A stretch of 64,000 nt of DNA from Lytechinus pictus (taxonomy: Eukaryota). The stretch lies in NCBI RefSeq assembly GCF_037042905.1, contig NC_087252.1, positions 17,362,001-17,426,000 of the forward strand. The letters are read 5' to 3'. Within the stretch, counting starts at the first letter, position 1. The number at the start of each line of letters is the position of its first letter. The notes under the pieces are model-generated. The model did no database searches, was not told the DNA's origin, and saw only the letters and a program-made list of their open reading frames with translations. Below are positions 25,390 to 39,170 of the stretch, piece after piece. The position numbers and the translations under genes were made by a program.

Positions 25390-27049
25390 TATAATCTAGC
25401 ATTAAATCCAAATTCTTACAAAATTGTCAGTCCCCATTTACATTGTAGATAATACTGTTAGGGCCTATATAGGGCCCATTTCGAATGTCACAATATATAG
25501 CATTTATTTCATGCATGACAAAAGAAAAGATATATGTTTCGCTAGAAAACGTGTTTCAGACAATATTTCACTCGTAGATCCCATGCAATTACATGCATTT
25601 TATGGTTCTTACTCTTTTGAAAATTAAATTGTTCATTCGCATTGTACATAATACAGATAGGGCCTACATGTATAGTGGTCATTTTGAATGTCAAAATACA
25701 ACCAAAATGGTAAAATTATATATATCGTTATAAATCATGTTGTCAGATATTGTTACACCAATATTTCGCAATTATTGGCATTATTATAGTCAAGCAAATC
25801 CAAATGTCAAAATTATTTGTCCCATTTTTATTGCACACAATATATAGCGGGTCTATGTCAGCCACTTTGAATATCATAATACAGTATTTACTTTCGGAAA
25901 CACAATAACACGGAACAATAATTTTATATGCGGTGTATCATGGTATAATCAAAATCATAATTTAGAAGCAAGTCATAATGTCTATTCCAGGCCAATGGAA
26001 CGACCACCATATCTTCAAAAGTTATATAAAATTAACATGAATAATTTCACTCAGTAATGAGCTCTGCATGGCTATTTATAACGAACAGTAAGCAATACGG
26101 ATATGATCCATTTATTCAAATCTCCATTATAGTTAGAGAAGAATAACATATTTTTTTATATACACATTCACTAATAACATCTTACACGTCTACAATACTG
26201 AATGCATTGACCTACATCCTGGGATTACCCGGGCTATAACATTATTTTGTGAAAATTATTTTGTCTGCGCTAGTATGCATTCCACAGCCACGACTTCTCA
26301 AGTGCCTTGAACCAATTCATCCGCACATGCGGGAACATAAATATCAATCATCTATCCAGGGTCGCGGTCAGCGATACTGGACAGAAACTTTTGGATTTCT
26401 AGGCAACCTGTCGGACGATCCAGGCATCACACAACTGGCTGGATTGATGATCCCAGCGAAGCATGCGTGGCTAGATCATAAACATTGACCCCCTGGTTCC
26501 AGCCAGAAACCAAAGAGGGGTATGAAATTTATGTCAACATAATAACGAACAACACTTCGCCTTCTCGATCTGAGCATCAAACTGACCGGATAATGATCCC
26601 AGCCAGGCAGACGTGTTTTCGTGAAACTTGATTAGGAACAGTAGTAGGCCTATTGATGAAGGGCTGCATATGCTAAATGCGTTATCCAAATGAAAATCTC
26701 GTTACAAAGCCCTGACTCAGGAAGCATAAGGAAATATATAAAACATAGATATACAATAACAATAAAGTATCGATAAATGTTCTTGTGCTGTGGCCAAAAT
26801 GTGTCAATTCCCGACAGAAACCACGGAACTAATATATAAGAGAAAACAAACACAAGCCAATTATTTATATATTATATATATATATACTACAGCTTTGGCA
26901 ACTCTTTTCTCTCATTTCTTTCACATATTTAAATATAAAAGAGTTGCCAAAGCTGTAGTACATGTATAACTTCACACATTTGTATACTTTCTCCCTTACG
27001 TGTACTGTATCAAAGCAATAGCTTTGATCCAGCTGAGGCATGGCGGCTT

Positions 27050-29836
27050 TAGTCCAGGATAGAAGGGGTCGAACCTTGTTTTTTTATATATACAATGTTT
27101 TTTTATGGTTTCTTGTCAATTCGAGGGTGCTGATTCCGAATCTGAATGATGCCACTCGTGTAACCTTGAGCATTTTCTGCAAATTGGCAAAATCCAATAT
27201 GGCCGCCAAAATATTCAAATTACCCATGAAAATCATAAAATTGTCCACACATTGGCTTTAAAGTACATGCAGTTGTGCTGCCGGAGTGAAATAATATCTG
27301 AAAAAATGATTTTTGTCAAAATATTTATTTTCTTGATCTCAAAATGGCCGCCATCATAGACCCCTGTACAATATGAATGGGGAAAATTAATTTTTACAAA
27401 ATTGAGCACTGAAATGCAAGTAATTATGATCTATGAGTGAAGCAATGTCTGTAAACATGATTGCTAACGATATATATTATTTGTTTTGTCAGTTATGTGA
27501 TAAATCCTGTATTTTGATATTCAAAATGGCCTTCAAAAGCCCTAACACTATTATGTACAATGTGAATGGTGACACAAAAAAAATCACAAGAGTGAGCACT
27601 AAAATGCATTTTGTTGAGATAAACGAGTGGAATACTGACTAAAAACATTATTGTTAACGAAATTTATTATTTAACATGCCATGTATGTGATAAACCCTGT
27701 ATTTTGATATTTAATATGACCGCCAAAGGCCCTAAAATTATGATCTACGATGTGAGAGAGGACAAAAACAATCACAAGGTGAGCACTAAAACGTATTTTT
27801 TTGTGGTAAATTAGTGGAATACTGTCTTCAAATATAATTTGCAACGAAATATATTATTCGGGTTTCATATTTGTGTTAAATATTGTATTTTGACTTTCAA
27901 AATGGCCGCCAAAAGACATTGACTGTATTATGAACAATCGATCTGGGAAACCAATTTTCACATGAGTCAGCACCATAACATGCATATAATTGTGATTTAA
28001 GAGTAAAATATTGTCTGAAAACATAATTCCTAACAAGATATATCATTCATTCTGCCAGGTAGGTGATAAATAATGTATTTTGAAAGTCAAAATGGTCGCT
28101 ACAGGCCCAAACGGTAGGCCTATTATGTACTTTGTGAATGGGAACATATAATTTTAACAGAATTTGGCTTTGCTTGACTAAATGGTGTTGCATGTATGAG
28201 TGAAATATCGTCTGAAAATATGATTTTGTAACCAAATATATAATTTCTTATGTTATTTAGGTGATAAATGCTATATTTAAATTTCAAAATGGCTGCAATA
28301 TGTTTCTTAGTGGAAATTATCTTTCCCCATTCAAATTTTACATATTAAGATAAGGGACTATGGCGGCCATTTTTCATTTTTAAAAGGCTGCATTCATCAC
28401 CTTTATGACACAAGCTATGATATATTTCGTTAGAAATCATTGGGTTTAGACAATACTTAACACTTACATCAAAATTAAGCCATTTTCATAGTAAAAATTT
28501 TGTCAAAATTATTTGTCCCCAGTTACAATGTACATACTACTTTGGGCTATGGCAGCAATTTTGAATTTCAAAGTAAGGCCTTTATTACCTTCTCAACCAT
28601 TATGTGATGTATTTAGTCAGAAATCATGTTCAAGACCAAATTTTACCTATATACATCACATAGTTACGTGCGTTTTTGGTTCTCATTCTGGTGATGATTA
28701 GTTTCCCTATACGCATGTTACAGAATTTGTAGGGGCTTGTGCGGCCGTTTTGAAAGTCAAAATACAGTATTTATCACCTATGGGAGAGGAAATGTTATAT
28801 TTCATTAAAAAAATCACGTTTTCAAACAATATTTTCCTTATACAACGTAATTATATGGATTTTATAGTCAGGCAAATCCTAATTCTTTCAAAAGTATTTG
28901 TCCCAATTTACATTGTAGATAATACTGTAAGGGCCCATAGGGGCCATTTTGAATTTTACAATACAGCATTAATCTCATGCATGAAAAATGAAATGATATG
29001 TTTCGCCAGAAATCATGTGTTTAGACAATATTTCACTCGTATAGATTACAATTACATTCATTTTATTGTTTTTACTCTTGTGAAAATTAGTTTCTTCATT
29101 CGCTTTGTTCATAATACAGATAGGGCCTATGGCAGCCATTTTGAATGTCAACATGCAGCATAATTACCGAAATTGCAAGGGAAATGATATGTTTCGTTAG
29201 AAATACTTGTTGTCAGACAGTGTTACACCAATATTTCGCAGTTATTGGCATTTTAAAGTCAAACAAATTCAAAGGTTGTGAAAATTATTTGTCCCCTTTT
29301 ATATATTGTACACAGTATAAGGGGTCTATGACAGCCATTTTGAATATCATAATACAGCATTTATCACATTAGATAGTATACAAATGACATAGTTTTGTTA
29401 ATAGTCATGTTTTCAGACAGTAGTCCACTCGCAGGTCACAATCACATGCAATAATAGTGCTCTTGTTTGAAAAAATATTTTCCCCATTCATTTTCTACAT
29501 AATAAAGTATACAGGGGTTATGGCGGCCATTTTGAATATCAATAAAATAAATATTTTGTCAAATATCGCTTTTCCAATTGGTATTTCACTTCTGCACAAC
29601 AACTACATGCATTTTATAGCTAATGTGTTGGCAATTTTATGATTTTCATGGGTAATTTGCATATTTTGGCGGCCATATTGGATTTTGCCAATTTGCGGAA
29701 AATGCTCAAGGTTACAAGAGTGGCATCATTCAGATTCGGAATCAGCACCCTCGAATTGACAAGAAACCATAAAAAAACATTGTATATCTAAAAAAACAAG
29801 GTTCGACCCAGTGTCTATGGGGCCTATCCTGGACTA
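27050..29836. mobile_element. 2.8-kb non-autonomous foldback DNA transposon (Academ-like, second family)
   Basis: Termini TAGTCCAGGATAG...CTATCCTGGACTA, ~300-bp TIRs, 3-bp TSD CTT. Internal ~185-190-bp units invert near 28350. Confidence 0.88.
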
Positions 29837-30077
29837 CTTGTCATTGTTCAAAACCCACCTTCACCCGACAAAGGAAATTATAATTGGTATGGTGTCGAAA
29901 ATCTGAATATATAGTTACCGTAACTATATATTCTATACTTCGTTACATATTGACTTACCATTACCTTGCATGTATAATTGGTTATTATTTATGGACTACA
30001 ATTACTTATCTCCGTTATGTATTGCATTGTATTGTATTTACCATTAGTAGGCCTATATTTTGTATTTTATTGGTTTA

Positions 30078-30112
30078 GATCCTGATGAAGGGCATGTGCC
30101 CGAAAGCTTGAT
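30078..30112 (+). ncRNA. Minimal type I hammerhead motif (Penelope-like element type)
   Basis: ATC-CTGATGA-A-GGGC(ATGT)GCCC-GAAA-GC-TT-GAT. Palindromic AAGCTT; short stem I ATC/GAT; (TA)n about 50 nt downstream. Confidence 0.65.
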
Positions 30113-30831
30113 GAAGACAGGTACTGACCTTGCTACGGCCCTCTCCATACGCTTGATCTCGAATATATATATATACATATATATATAGATATTCCCGCGC
30201 TTTGTGCTCTTCCATGGTAGCATTTTTTGCCTCCCCGCGTTGATTAGGGTCACTTACCACTTTCAGGTCCAACCCACTTGGACATTGCTGACCCTGCACC
30301 CCCGACATGTCTTGCCTCCAGTAATTGGCCTTAACACAGTTCGTTAAGACTATTATCACATTATATAGTGTAAACAAATGACACATTTTTGTAATAATCA
30401 TCTTTTCAGAGAGAAGTCCACAGATCACAACCACAAGCAATAATAGTGCTTGTTTTATAACTATTTTTCCCCATTCATATTCTACATGATAGAGTAAACA
30501 GAGGCCTATGGCGGCCATTTTGGATATCAAGAAAAAAAAATATTGTGTCAAAAATCTATTCTCTGAGAGTATTTCACTCTTGCATATCAACTACATATAT
30601 TTTATAGTCAAAGTGCGGGCAATTTTGTGATTTTCATGGGCAATTGCATATTTTGGCGGCCATGTTGCATTTTGCCAATTTGCGGGAAATGCTCAAGGTT
30701 ACACGAGTGGCATCGTTCAGATTCGGAATCAGCACCCTCGAATCGACAAGAAACCTTCCAAAAATACTGTATATTATTAAAAACAAAGTTTATTTAATTT
30801 TCTGTGGGGCCTATCCTGGACAAGTGTAGAT

Positions 30832-32069
30832 ACACATGTAATCCGTTACTGAAGTCCAATGATCAAAATTTGTTGTTAGAATTGCATGGAGTAAGTTCGT
30901 TGAACTTTACAGTCTGGCTTTTAAAAAGTCTATCAGATAAAAAAAGACAAATTGGATGGTGTATGTATTAGTTCTGAAAAGTATTTACGTATTGGGACAA
31001 TTTGACCCACATAATGGGGATACACATTTTCAACAGAATGTTTTCACTACATACTGTTGCAAAAGAAAAAAAAACACTAAATATATACGTTATCAGATTG
31101 TGTTGGGCGGGGAACATAATACATGTAACTACACCAAAGGATATGCAACCGATTGGGTAAAACAATAAAGGAACGGAGAATTACACAGTATTATCTTGAT
31201 TTAAATGAAAGTATTAATTATATAAAATTCTAAATACAAATGATATGATTAATCTCATAATTCAAGAAATTATTTTATAATTGATATTGTAGTAATCAAT
31301 AAACACATTCACTTTGAATACAGACATGTCCGTGAATTTCGTTGGATCACCATCAGTGTATCTTTAAATGGGACGGCCCACCTTGCAAGCATTTTACTTT
31401 GCAGATGCGAGTGTGGGTGTGGGCGCATGTGAGTATGTCCATGGATATATACGAATTAATAATTTAACAAACAGTGTGATTAAACAATTAAATCATTGAA
31501 GCTAATCATGTTCCTGTCTTTGATAATAAATACTTTGACAGATCCCATACCAAAACAAATGGTAGATAATACAATGAATGATATAAGAAATAAAACAAAA
31601 CAATAAAATTCATAATTATTGACTATGATATTATATGTTTAGGGACCGTACAATTATTCGCAATGATGCAAATATTATTTGTACCGAAAACTATAAACGT
31701 TTGACCTGAAATTATCAAATTATAGCAAAATATTGCAAAATATGCATAAATTTGCATAATTAACCGCTAACAGAAATAACCATTATTTTTTTTCGAATGA
31801 TACACATTATGTATGCAGGATTTGCAATATCCATGTCTGTAAAAGCGAATATTATAAAATAATATTGTAGAAATAAAATTATGAATGGTCAATTTGGCAG
31901 CCATTTTATTTATGAGAAGTAGGTGGTCAAAACTTTAAGAAACGAGTCTAACCGGTGTAATCAGATTCAGCACATTTAAATTGTGTGGAATAGTCCCGTT
32001 CCCAACTTTTACCCCAACATGCCTCTTGAAGTTTGTATAGGCCTCTTTTTCCAGAATGGCTCTATACTA
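30832..32069. mobile_element. Dispersed repeat, likely one arm of a third Academ-like family (copy 1)
   Basis: Collinear with 49968-51221; contains TTGGCAGCCATTTT and ATCAGATTCAGCA; ends in ...CTA. Confidence 0.6.
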
Positions 32070-33091
32070 GGCTATTCCATTTAAAAGAAACGTGGAGGCA
32101 AGGAGCAAATTAAAGATAGGCGGTAATGTGTCGCATCGTCTGCAGCTATTGACTAACTGGGCATGTCTCGCAGCAGAAAGAAATGTGTAATTTGTAAGAC
32201 GTTTGTAAACAAAAACGCAGATACCACGATGTTGAAAAAGATCATGATCAACATTGAATAAAGTCTGCATCAATAAATAAAGTTAGCTGATATGAATGAA
32301 TAAAAAAAAAACAAGCTAGCAACACAAATCATTTTACACTGTCCAGTAAAAATCTAAAGATGGCTGCTCATAAAAAATGGGCAATCACTTTATCCAATAA
32401 TCAGTGGAAATCCTCTAAAAACTATAAATCCAGACAAGTTGAAATAATTATTTCATATTTCATAATAAGAAATACAAACTGAAGCTAAGTGCATACTATC
32501 ACTAATATTGACCATGTAAATTGAGCATGCTACAACCGATTTCTCGAAATTAAGCGGAACTTAGAAATTTACCAACTTTCCAACTTTCGTATGTGATATA
32601 ATTTTTTTAGGTTCAAAGTTTTCAATTCAAATCAATTCAAGGTTTATTAAAAACATGAGTTGTACCCACATGGCTGAATTGGTCATGTACACAGTGTACT
32701 ACAAACAATAGACTTATTACATATTTCAAACATAAAAAACAGCAACATTAATCATGTGAATACTGAGATGAGTCTCTATGTAGTAAATAAGGCAAGATTA
32801 CTTAGGCAATAAATCAATAAATATAAATATATATAATGAGGAAGTGGTAAAATAAGAATAAAAAGAACAGATAAGCAAGTTGTAAAAGGTCATTGAAATA
32901 TATGGATATTAAATAAAAGTGTTGCTTTCATCATCCACTTAAACATTTATATTGCAAATGTGGTATTGCTTTCGAAGTAGTGATGGGTTTATTGATTGGG
33001 CATGTCTTTATTCAGGAGATCTATAAAATATGGCATGGGACTATTGCGGAATCAATTGTTTTACAGTTGTGTTGCTGATATGAAGAGTTTG

Positions 33092-33493
33092 GTTGCTAAA
33101 GGGGTTAGATCCACCTTGGACCATTCCGAGAAAAATCACGTGTTTTTTCTCCCATATCATGCATATTGCAATATTCTTATGAGAATGTCACGTAGTACTA
33201 CCCTGCCGTGTGAACATAAAGTTGGGTATGAAAGAAATCTACCTGTCTTCAATTTTCTTAAATATTTTTTTTCTTCATTAATTACCAATGTGGATCTAAT
33301 CCCCTTATACAAGCAAACTGAAATGGATCCAATCCCTTTTAAATAAAATAAGTGATTTTTCTTTGCCACTTTTAGTCACGTTGTAGTGGGAATGTCAAAC
33401 TTTGGTATCATCAGAACGACTAAAAGTCTAAACATTGAGCCAAAAACAAATCAAATTTGATTGAAAGAAACATGGATCTAACCCCGTTTGCAA
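33092..33493. mobile_element. MITE-like inverted-repeat element
   Basis: TTGCTAAAGGGGTTAGATCCA ... TGGATCTAACCCCGTTTGCAA, with internal GGATCTAATCCC repeats. Confidence 0.6.
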
Positions 33494-34590
33494 TAATGAG
33501 CTTTTAATATCTACGATTATATCGGAGTTTGATGATTATTTTTTTTAATTTATTATTTTTTTTTGGGGGGGGGGGGCCCGGGGGGGGGGGGGGAAGTTAC
33601 CAGGCACTATTACTTTTTTGTTGGTAAAAATGTTGCGAAATCCGGGCTGAGTTTCCTTTCTTGATTCAAGAGTAGGAATTTCACATGATAGGCAAGCACT
33701 AGCATAATCTGCGAAGTTTGGGCCCAACATGATTCTGCAAGCTCTTTTCTGAATTTGCTCTGAATTTTTTGCATGTTTCTTTGTAAGCCCATCATAAAAT
33801 ACTGGGGTGCAGTATTCCAGGACGAATATAGCCCATGTATACCAATTTCAGATCGGATAGAAACAGCCCATATCGCTTTAAAAGCCTAAACATGTACAAC
33901 AATCTGTTACATTTTTTTAAATGTTTTATTGATTTTCAAAGGTTTACAATCATCGAATCAATATACAAGTAACAAAAGAAAAAATAAGCAGCAAAAATAA
34001 AAATAAATAACAATAATAATATCTGTTACATTTTTTGATGATTTCCATGATATGTAGGTTCCATTTTAGATTAGATTGGACGATTACACCAAACATTTTA
34101 ACAGATTGAAGTTTTTGTAGAGGTGAGTTATCAATATAAAAGGTTGGCTCAACAGAGGAGGATTTTTTTTTAGAATGTCACAGTTTAATTTGGAAGGGTT
34201 TAACCTCGATGCTATTCTTGTCCGGCTTTTCTCTGTTTTGTTGCAATCATGCATGAGACACAAGTAGGTAGAGGTAAAGGTGAACAGAACACATCCCGTT
34301 ACCGCCCAGTTCATTATAACAGCTATATATATTGACACTATCAAAACACAACGAATGTGAACGTGATGATAATTTTTTAGATTTTACTCACTCTATCGAC
34401 CCACTACTGATCAAGAGTGCATACAGTACAATTTTAACATTTGACAAATTGTTAACTTAAAAAAAAAAACCGTATGTGATCTAGACAAGTAAATATAAAC
34501 AGTTGTTAATGAATGATAAGGATGAGTTAAAAGCGACAGATGTCTACATGCAAACTCTTGTATTTCTTTTATTTTAAAATCAAACATGAT

Positions 34591-34980
34591 TATCATGTCA
34601 CGTACACTTTTCCATCTCTTTCGTTTTCCTGTTGATCAGCGAGGTCCGTCTGTGAGTGCTGGGGCTGGATTCTGGAGAATATCTATTTTTCTTATTACCC
34701 TTTTCTATTTCAATTTCCCCTATTTCCTTTTAATTTAACTGGTTCATACTCAAGTTGTTATTTTGATTTTGATATGCTTTGCAACTACAAGAATATTTAT
34801 AAGGAGGCTGCACTTTACAAGCTCCGCTTTTTAGCAGCCTCCTCCATTTCCAACCTGATATGTAATAATCTTGAATATAATTTTTGTACAGGGACACTTG
34901 AAATATGTTTTGTTATTTATATGTCAAAATGTACAGAACAAACTGTAATTGTTGAAAATGGAAATAAACGAAATGAAATG
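34591..34980 (+). mobile_element. ~390-bp retroposon with LINE-type 3' stem-loop and (GAAAT)n tail, copy 1
   Basis: Highly similar to 53344-53757; hairpin GGAGGCTGC...GCAGCCTCC, AATAAA, GAAAT repeats. Confidence 0.75.
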
Positions 34981-35243
34981 CTACAAACAATATCTACAAG
35001 TCTAAAATGTCACGTGGTTTTGTTTGTCTACCACTTCGCATTACTGAGACTTGCTGGTAGAAATGTGATTATTCTTTTCAACCTTAGCAGAAACTAGTGA
35101 AAAGTTTTTTTTAAATTATGGATATGCATTTTTCAATAGTTTTATTTTTTTAGTTGCTTGAAACCAGATGTATTAGATTTTCCACGTGAAATGTGTTAGG
35201 GCTACTTTGAACAAACTTTCGTGTTTTAAATCATGAAATCTTT

Positions 35244-35447
35244 GGAGGCACGATAGCTCAGTAGGTAGAGCGGGGGTTTCGGATTCCGGTGACCCGGGTT
35301 CGATTTCCACTAGGTGCGCTAGTGCCCTTAGGTAAGGCATTAATCATCATTACCAGGTCCCTCGGAGAGGACCTCAAGCCGTTGGTCCGCTGGTTGCTTC
35401 CTTACAAGCATTTCTGCTTTCTTAGCGATCAGGTAAAACAAAAAAAA
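35244..35447 (+). mobile_element. tRNA-derived SINE
   Basis: A box TAGCTCAGTAGG, B box GGTTCGATTTCC, GTGCCCTTAGGTAAGGCATT body, A-rich tail. Confidence 0.8.
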
Positions 35448-35714
35448 GTCACTGCCATACATTTCTTACCGAAGAATTTGAAGACAAACTGACGATCTTA
35501 AATATGAATCTCTTTCTTGCTTCATGAAGGAACAGACAAAGGTTAATGACTGTATAATCGTATTCATCTCCAAGGGCCTTTAGATCACAACAAGGGCACT
35601 CCAGGTTGATTTCTTCAGGAGTACTGTCAAATCTTGCAATATAGATAAACGCAAACAATTGTCAATAAATGTACAGCTTCCCGTCAGGGGTGATACTTTA
35701 TTTTTAAAGGAATG

Positions 35715-36075
35715 TGAGCTGTTTTTCTTTTTTTCTTATTCTTTCTTTCTTTTTCTTTTTTTTTTTTTTTTTCTTTCTTTCTTCCTTTCTTTTTTTTTGT
35801 TTTATTTCTTTCTTTCTTTTTTTATTTTTTGTGTCTTTCTTTCTTTTTCTTTTTTTCTATATTTTGTGTGTCTTTCTTTTTTCTTCTTCCTTTTCTTTTT
35901 TTCTTTCTTTCTTTCTATTTCTTTATTCTCATTTTTTCTTATTTTTAAAATGTTTGTTTCCTTTTTTCTTTCTTTCTTTTTCATTGTTTGATTTTTTTCC
36001 CTTTCTTTTTATTTTTTTCTTTATTTTTTCTCTCTTTTCTCTCTCTCCCTCTCTCTGGGCGGGGGGGGGGGGGGT
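35715..36075. repeat. T/C-rich low-complexity tract
   Basis: Directly visible. Confidence 0.9.
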
Positions 36076-36889
36076 ATTTGCCCATACTTGCAACCAAGCC
36101 ATAGATATTAATAGTAACCAGTGAGATCTGTAGCCCGAATTCTTTCTCCGCGTTTTATGAATGCCCCTCTCTTGCTACGCCAAACATATTAAAGTAAAAT
36201 AAACCGTAAGATTAATTGTTTGTTGCCAAGCACTGGGAGTTTTAATAGAAATATATCATAGTGCAGGTGCGGATCCGGCGCAGGAAGGGGGGGGGGGGGT
36301 GAAGGTGCGATCGCACCCTTGAAAATAAATGATTATATTTTTTTGCTTGTCATTTTTTTTCTGTCGACCAAACGCTCTTTAGTTTTAGGAGGGGGGTGTC
36401 TTGTCTAATATTTGGGGCATTTTTCTTTTCATTTTAATCTTTTACCCCTTCAGTAAAATCCAGGATCCGCGCCTGTAAAGCCACATGAAGTACATGATAG
36501 ATTTCAGGTAAATCCCCTCTCGTACCCCAATCGCTGTTTGCACTTTTGATAAGAAATAAGACGTGGCGTGACGCCCGATTGTTCTGATCAAGGAAGCTCC
36601 TTGTTCTGATGGAGAAGAGGCAATGCAAACTACCAACAATCTCTGACTTTTTTCCCTCTTTTTATCTTGTGTCCGCATTTGAAATATTATGTATCATACC
36701 TCCCTAATCTTTCAAGCCTTTTCCCATTTTCTCCTTTTCATTCGGAACTGCCCCCGTCACACGCGGGCCATTCCTGTTTGAAGTGGGTTTATGTGTGCTT
36801 CATGTCTGTGTCAGTTGGCCTTGCATATTTGATTTTATTCGCACATCCAATACTATTTTCATATTAATAGTGTTGTTGGATTTTTTGTA

Positions 36890-37100
36890 GTTATTTTTCA
36901 AATTGCCAACAATGAACAGTAAAATGATCAGTCAGACAACAAGACAATCACATGCGGGGTGTCCCAAGGGTCTTACTTGGCCCCTTTTATTCTGTTAATT
37001 AATAACCTATGTCGTTCATCAACAGTTCTATCTTTTGTCATATTCATGCTGACGATACAAACATAACATTTTAATAGAAATCTTGATCAAGTTATTAAAT
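36890..37100 (+). mobile_element. CR1/Crack-type LINE RT fragment
   Basis: ITCGV.QGS.LGPL... and ADDTN remnants with frameshifts. Another GVPHGSTVG remnant at ~56703-56745. Confidence 0.65.
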
Positions 37101-38360
37101 ATTGCAAACACTATATAATGAGCCAGTTCTTAATTCCATTTTGCGCATGATCAGAAAAAAGTAATTTGAACTCAAATGAAATGGTTCTTTAATATTCAAC
37201 GAGATAAGCATCAATTTTGATTCTTGATTCTGCACATATTCTTTTGAATTGTGTGGGTTTTAAAAAAAATTCATTCCACTGGAAAACTATAATGCGTCCA
37301 TTAGCGAATGGTGTTTTGCACTAAGCCAGGTACATTGTAATGTTTTAAGAACAAATGGAACATCGATGTGCTATTTTTGGTCACCAGGTGTTTGCAATTA
37401 ATTCCTCGTTTTATATCAGAAATGCTTCATAAAACATCGCTTTGAAATTCGCCTTACCGAGTGAAGAAAGGAAAGATCAGTTTTACAAACTTGCCCATGA
37501 GGTATATGAACTGGCTTATTAGAAAAACGTTTGTCAATAGTTTAGTGCAAATAAGCTAATAATTACATATTAAAAAAATTATTATTTTGAAGTTCCGCTA
37601 GGCATATTGACTTCGATCATGTAGAGGTTAACTCTTTGTGCGCTGGGCCATGAACCCCCTCTGTGCTGAATTGTTTTCAAGGAGGCATCAGGAGAAGAAT
37701 ATACTTGCTTACTTCAACTTGCTATAACTTTTTACTCCAACATTTTGAGGGAAAAATGCTTCAAGCAAAGTTGTAGAAAATTTCACAGGCTTTCCAACTG
37801 TATCAATTTTGAGGGGAAATAATGATAAAAAGTTGGTATATAATCCATAATTTCATAGAAAGATGATTCTATTATGGTAAGGATGTTCAAAGCCTAGTGT
37901 ATAAGAATCTACATAACCATGTGTTCAAATAAAACACTGTGTTCACTCATGCATTAAAGTTCAATTTCATGATTTATAAAATTTGCTTAAGCAACCACAA
38001 CTGGTCACGGTTGATCATTAATTAATCACAACGCTCTTAACTTTGCAAGTTCGAAAGGATTTGCCTCTCAAAAACTGACATAAATTGGAAGGCTAATTCC
38101 AGCCCACCCTAATTTTCATACCCTTTGTTTCAGTGGGCAGTGCTCGCTCAAGCATGAATAGTTTTCCACCTTTTTGGTGTCATTTTAAAGTTGACTTTAT
38201 TGGCTTTCCATGTATGTAAGTTTTTTTCCCCAAAGTGCTACATTTTTTATTTGGCAGCGATTTCAAAAGTGTAGTTTTTTTTTGGGACGCACTGTAGAGT
38301 GGATCATAAGCTTTCCAAACATAATTTATACCACGTTTCTAAAGAAAAGTAGTAATCAAG

Positions 38361-39170
38361 GGGTGCGTTTATCCGCCACTTTTTCACCCTAGAATCATGA
38401 TCTGAATCATGATTCAAATCACGATTCTGCAGAATCACGATTGCGTTTAGTCGAAATTGAATATAATCATGATTAGAATCACAAACATGAACTACGAAAA
38501 AAGGGGCGTTTGGAAAGACGTTTCTACAGAATCACGTATGAAAATGTTCGAATAAACGATATCGTGATTTGAATCATGATTATATGACCTCACTGTGTCG
38601 GGCTACTTTCGGTTTGACTCTTGCCAAGCTCAAGGCTCTCTATATGCTCATTGTATGTACATGGTTACTCTGCATGCATTTCTTGTCATGTTCAAGTTCT
38701 GTGTTGGTCATCGCATCGTCCACTACTTTTCATTTTTTGGTCATGTCTTCAACTTCAAGTTCTAGTGAATGAATTAACTGGACAGACAATGATCTCAGTT
38801 GTTGTTGAGTATAGAGTGTTAATATTAAATTGGATCTACGCTGAAATTCACTTCCGAACACCATTTTGGATAAACTAACAAGATGAATAGAAGCATATGG
38901 ACCCTATAGAAGTAAACAAAATTAGGTATAGACTGAATTCTGGAAGCAAGAGATTTTTCGAGAGCCGAAACACGTGCGAAAAACTTCCTCTGTCAAACTG
39001 CGCACTAGTGATGCGCACTGGATTGGCCCGAATCTGAGGAGAAACAGCATTGTAATGAAGGTCGTCTAAACGCTGATTCTGTGATATCGTGATTCATGTT
39101 TGTGTTTTGAATCATGATTCAAATCATGATTCAAATCATGATTCTGGCTTGAGGTCGCATAAACGCAGCC
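38361..39170. mobile_element. Harbinger-type MITE
   Basis: AAG|GGGTGCGTTTAT...ATAAACGCAGCC|AAG with subterminal AATCATGATT repeats. Confidence 0.75.

Larger units (their letters stand above)
23215..30823. mobile_element. Older copy of the same foldback family, hosting nested insertions
   Basis: Left arm GGTGCTGATTCCGAATCTGAATGAT (~23223) and right arm ending CTATCCTGGACAA (30823) are collinear with the 27050-29836 copy. Interrupted at 24527-25389 and ~25891-30352. Confidence 0.8.

Noticed and set aside
35244..35315. tRNA-like sequences (also 21290-21365)
   Set aside because: A/B boxes are present but there is no proper cloverleaf, and a SINE body follows; these are SINE heads, not tRNA genes.
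35480..35660. Minus-strand INLCLFLHEARKRFIFK, resembling a Tx1/L1 ORF2 C-terminus
   Set aside because: Too short and degenerate to support without a search.
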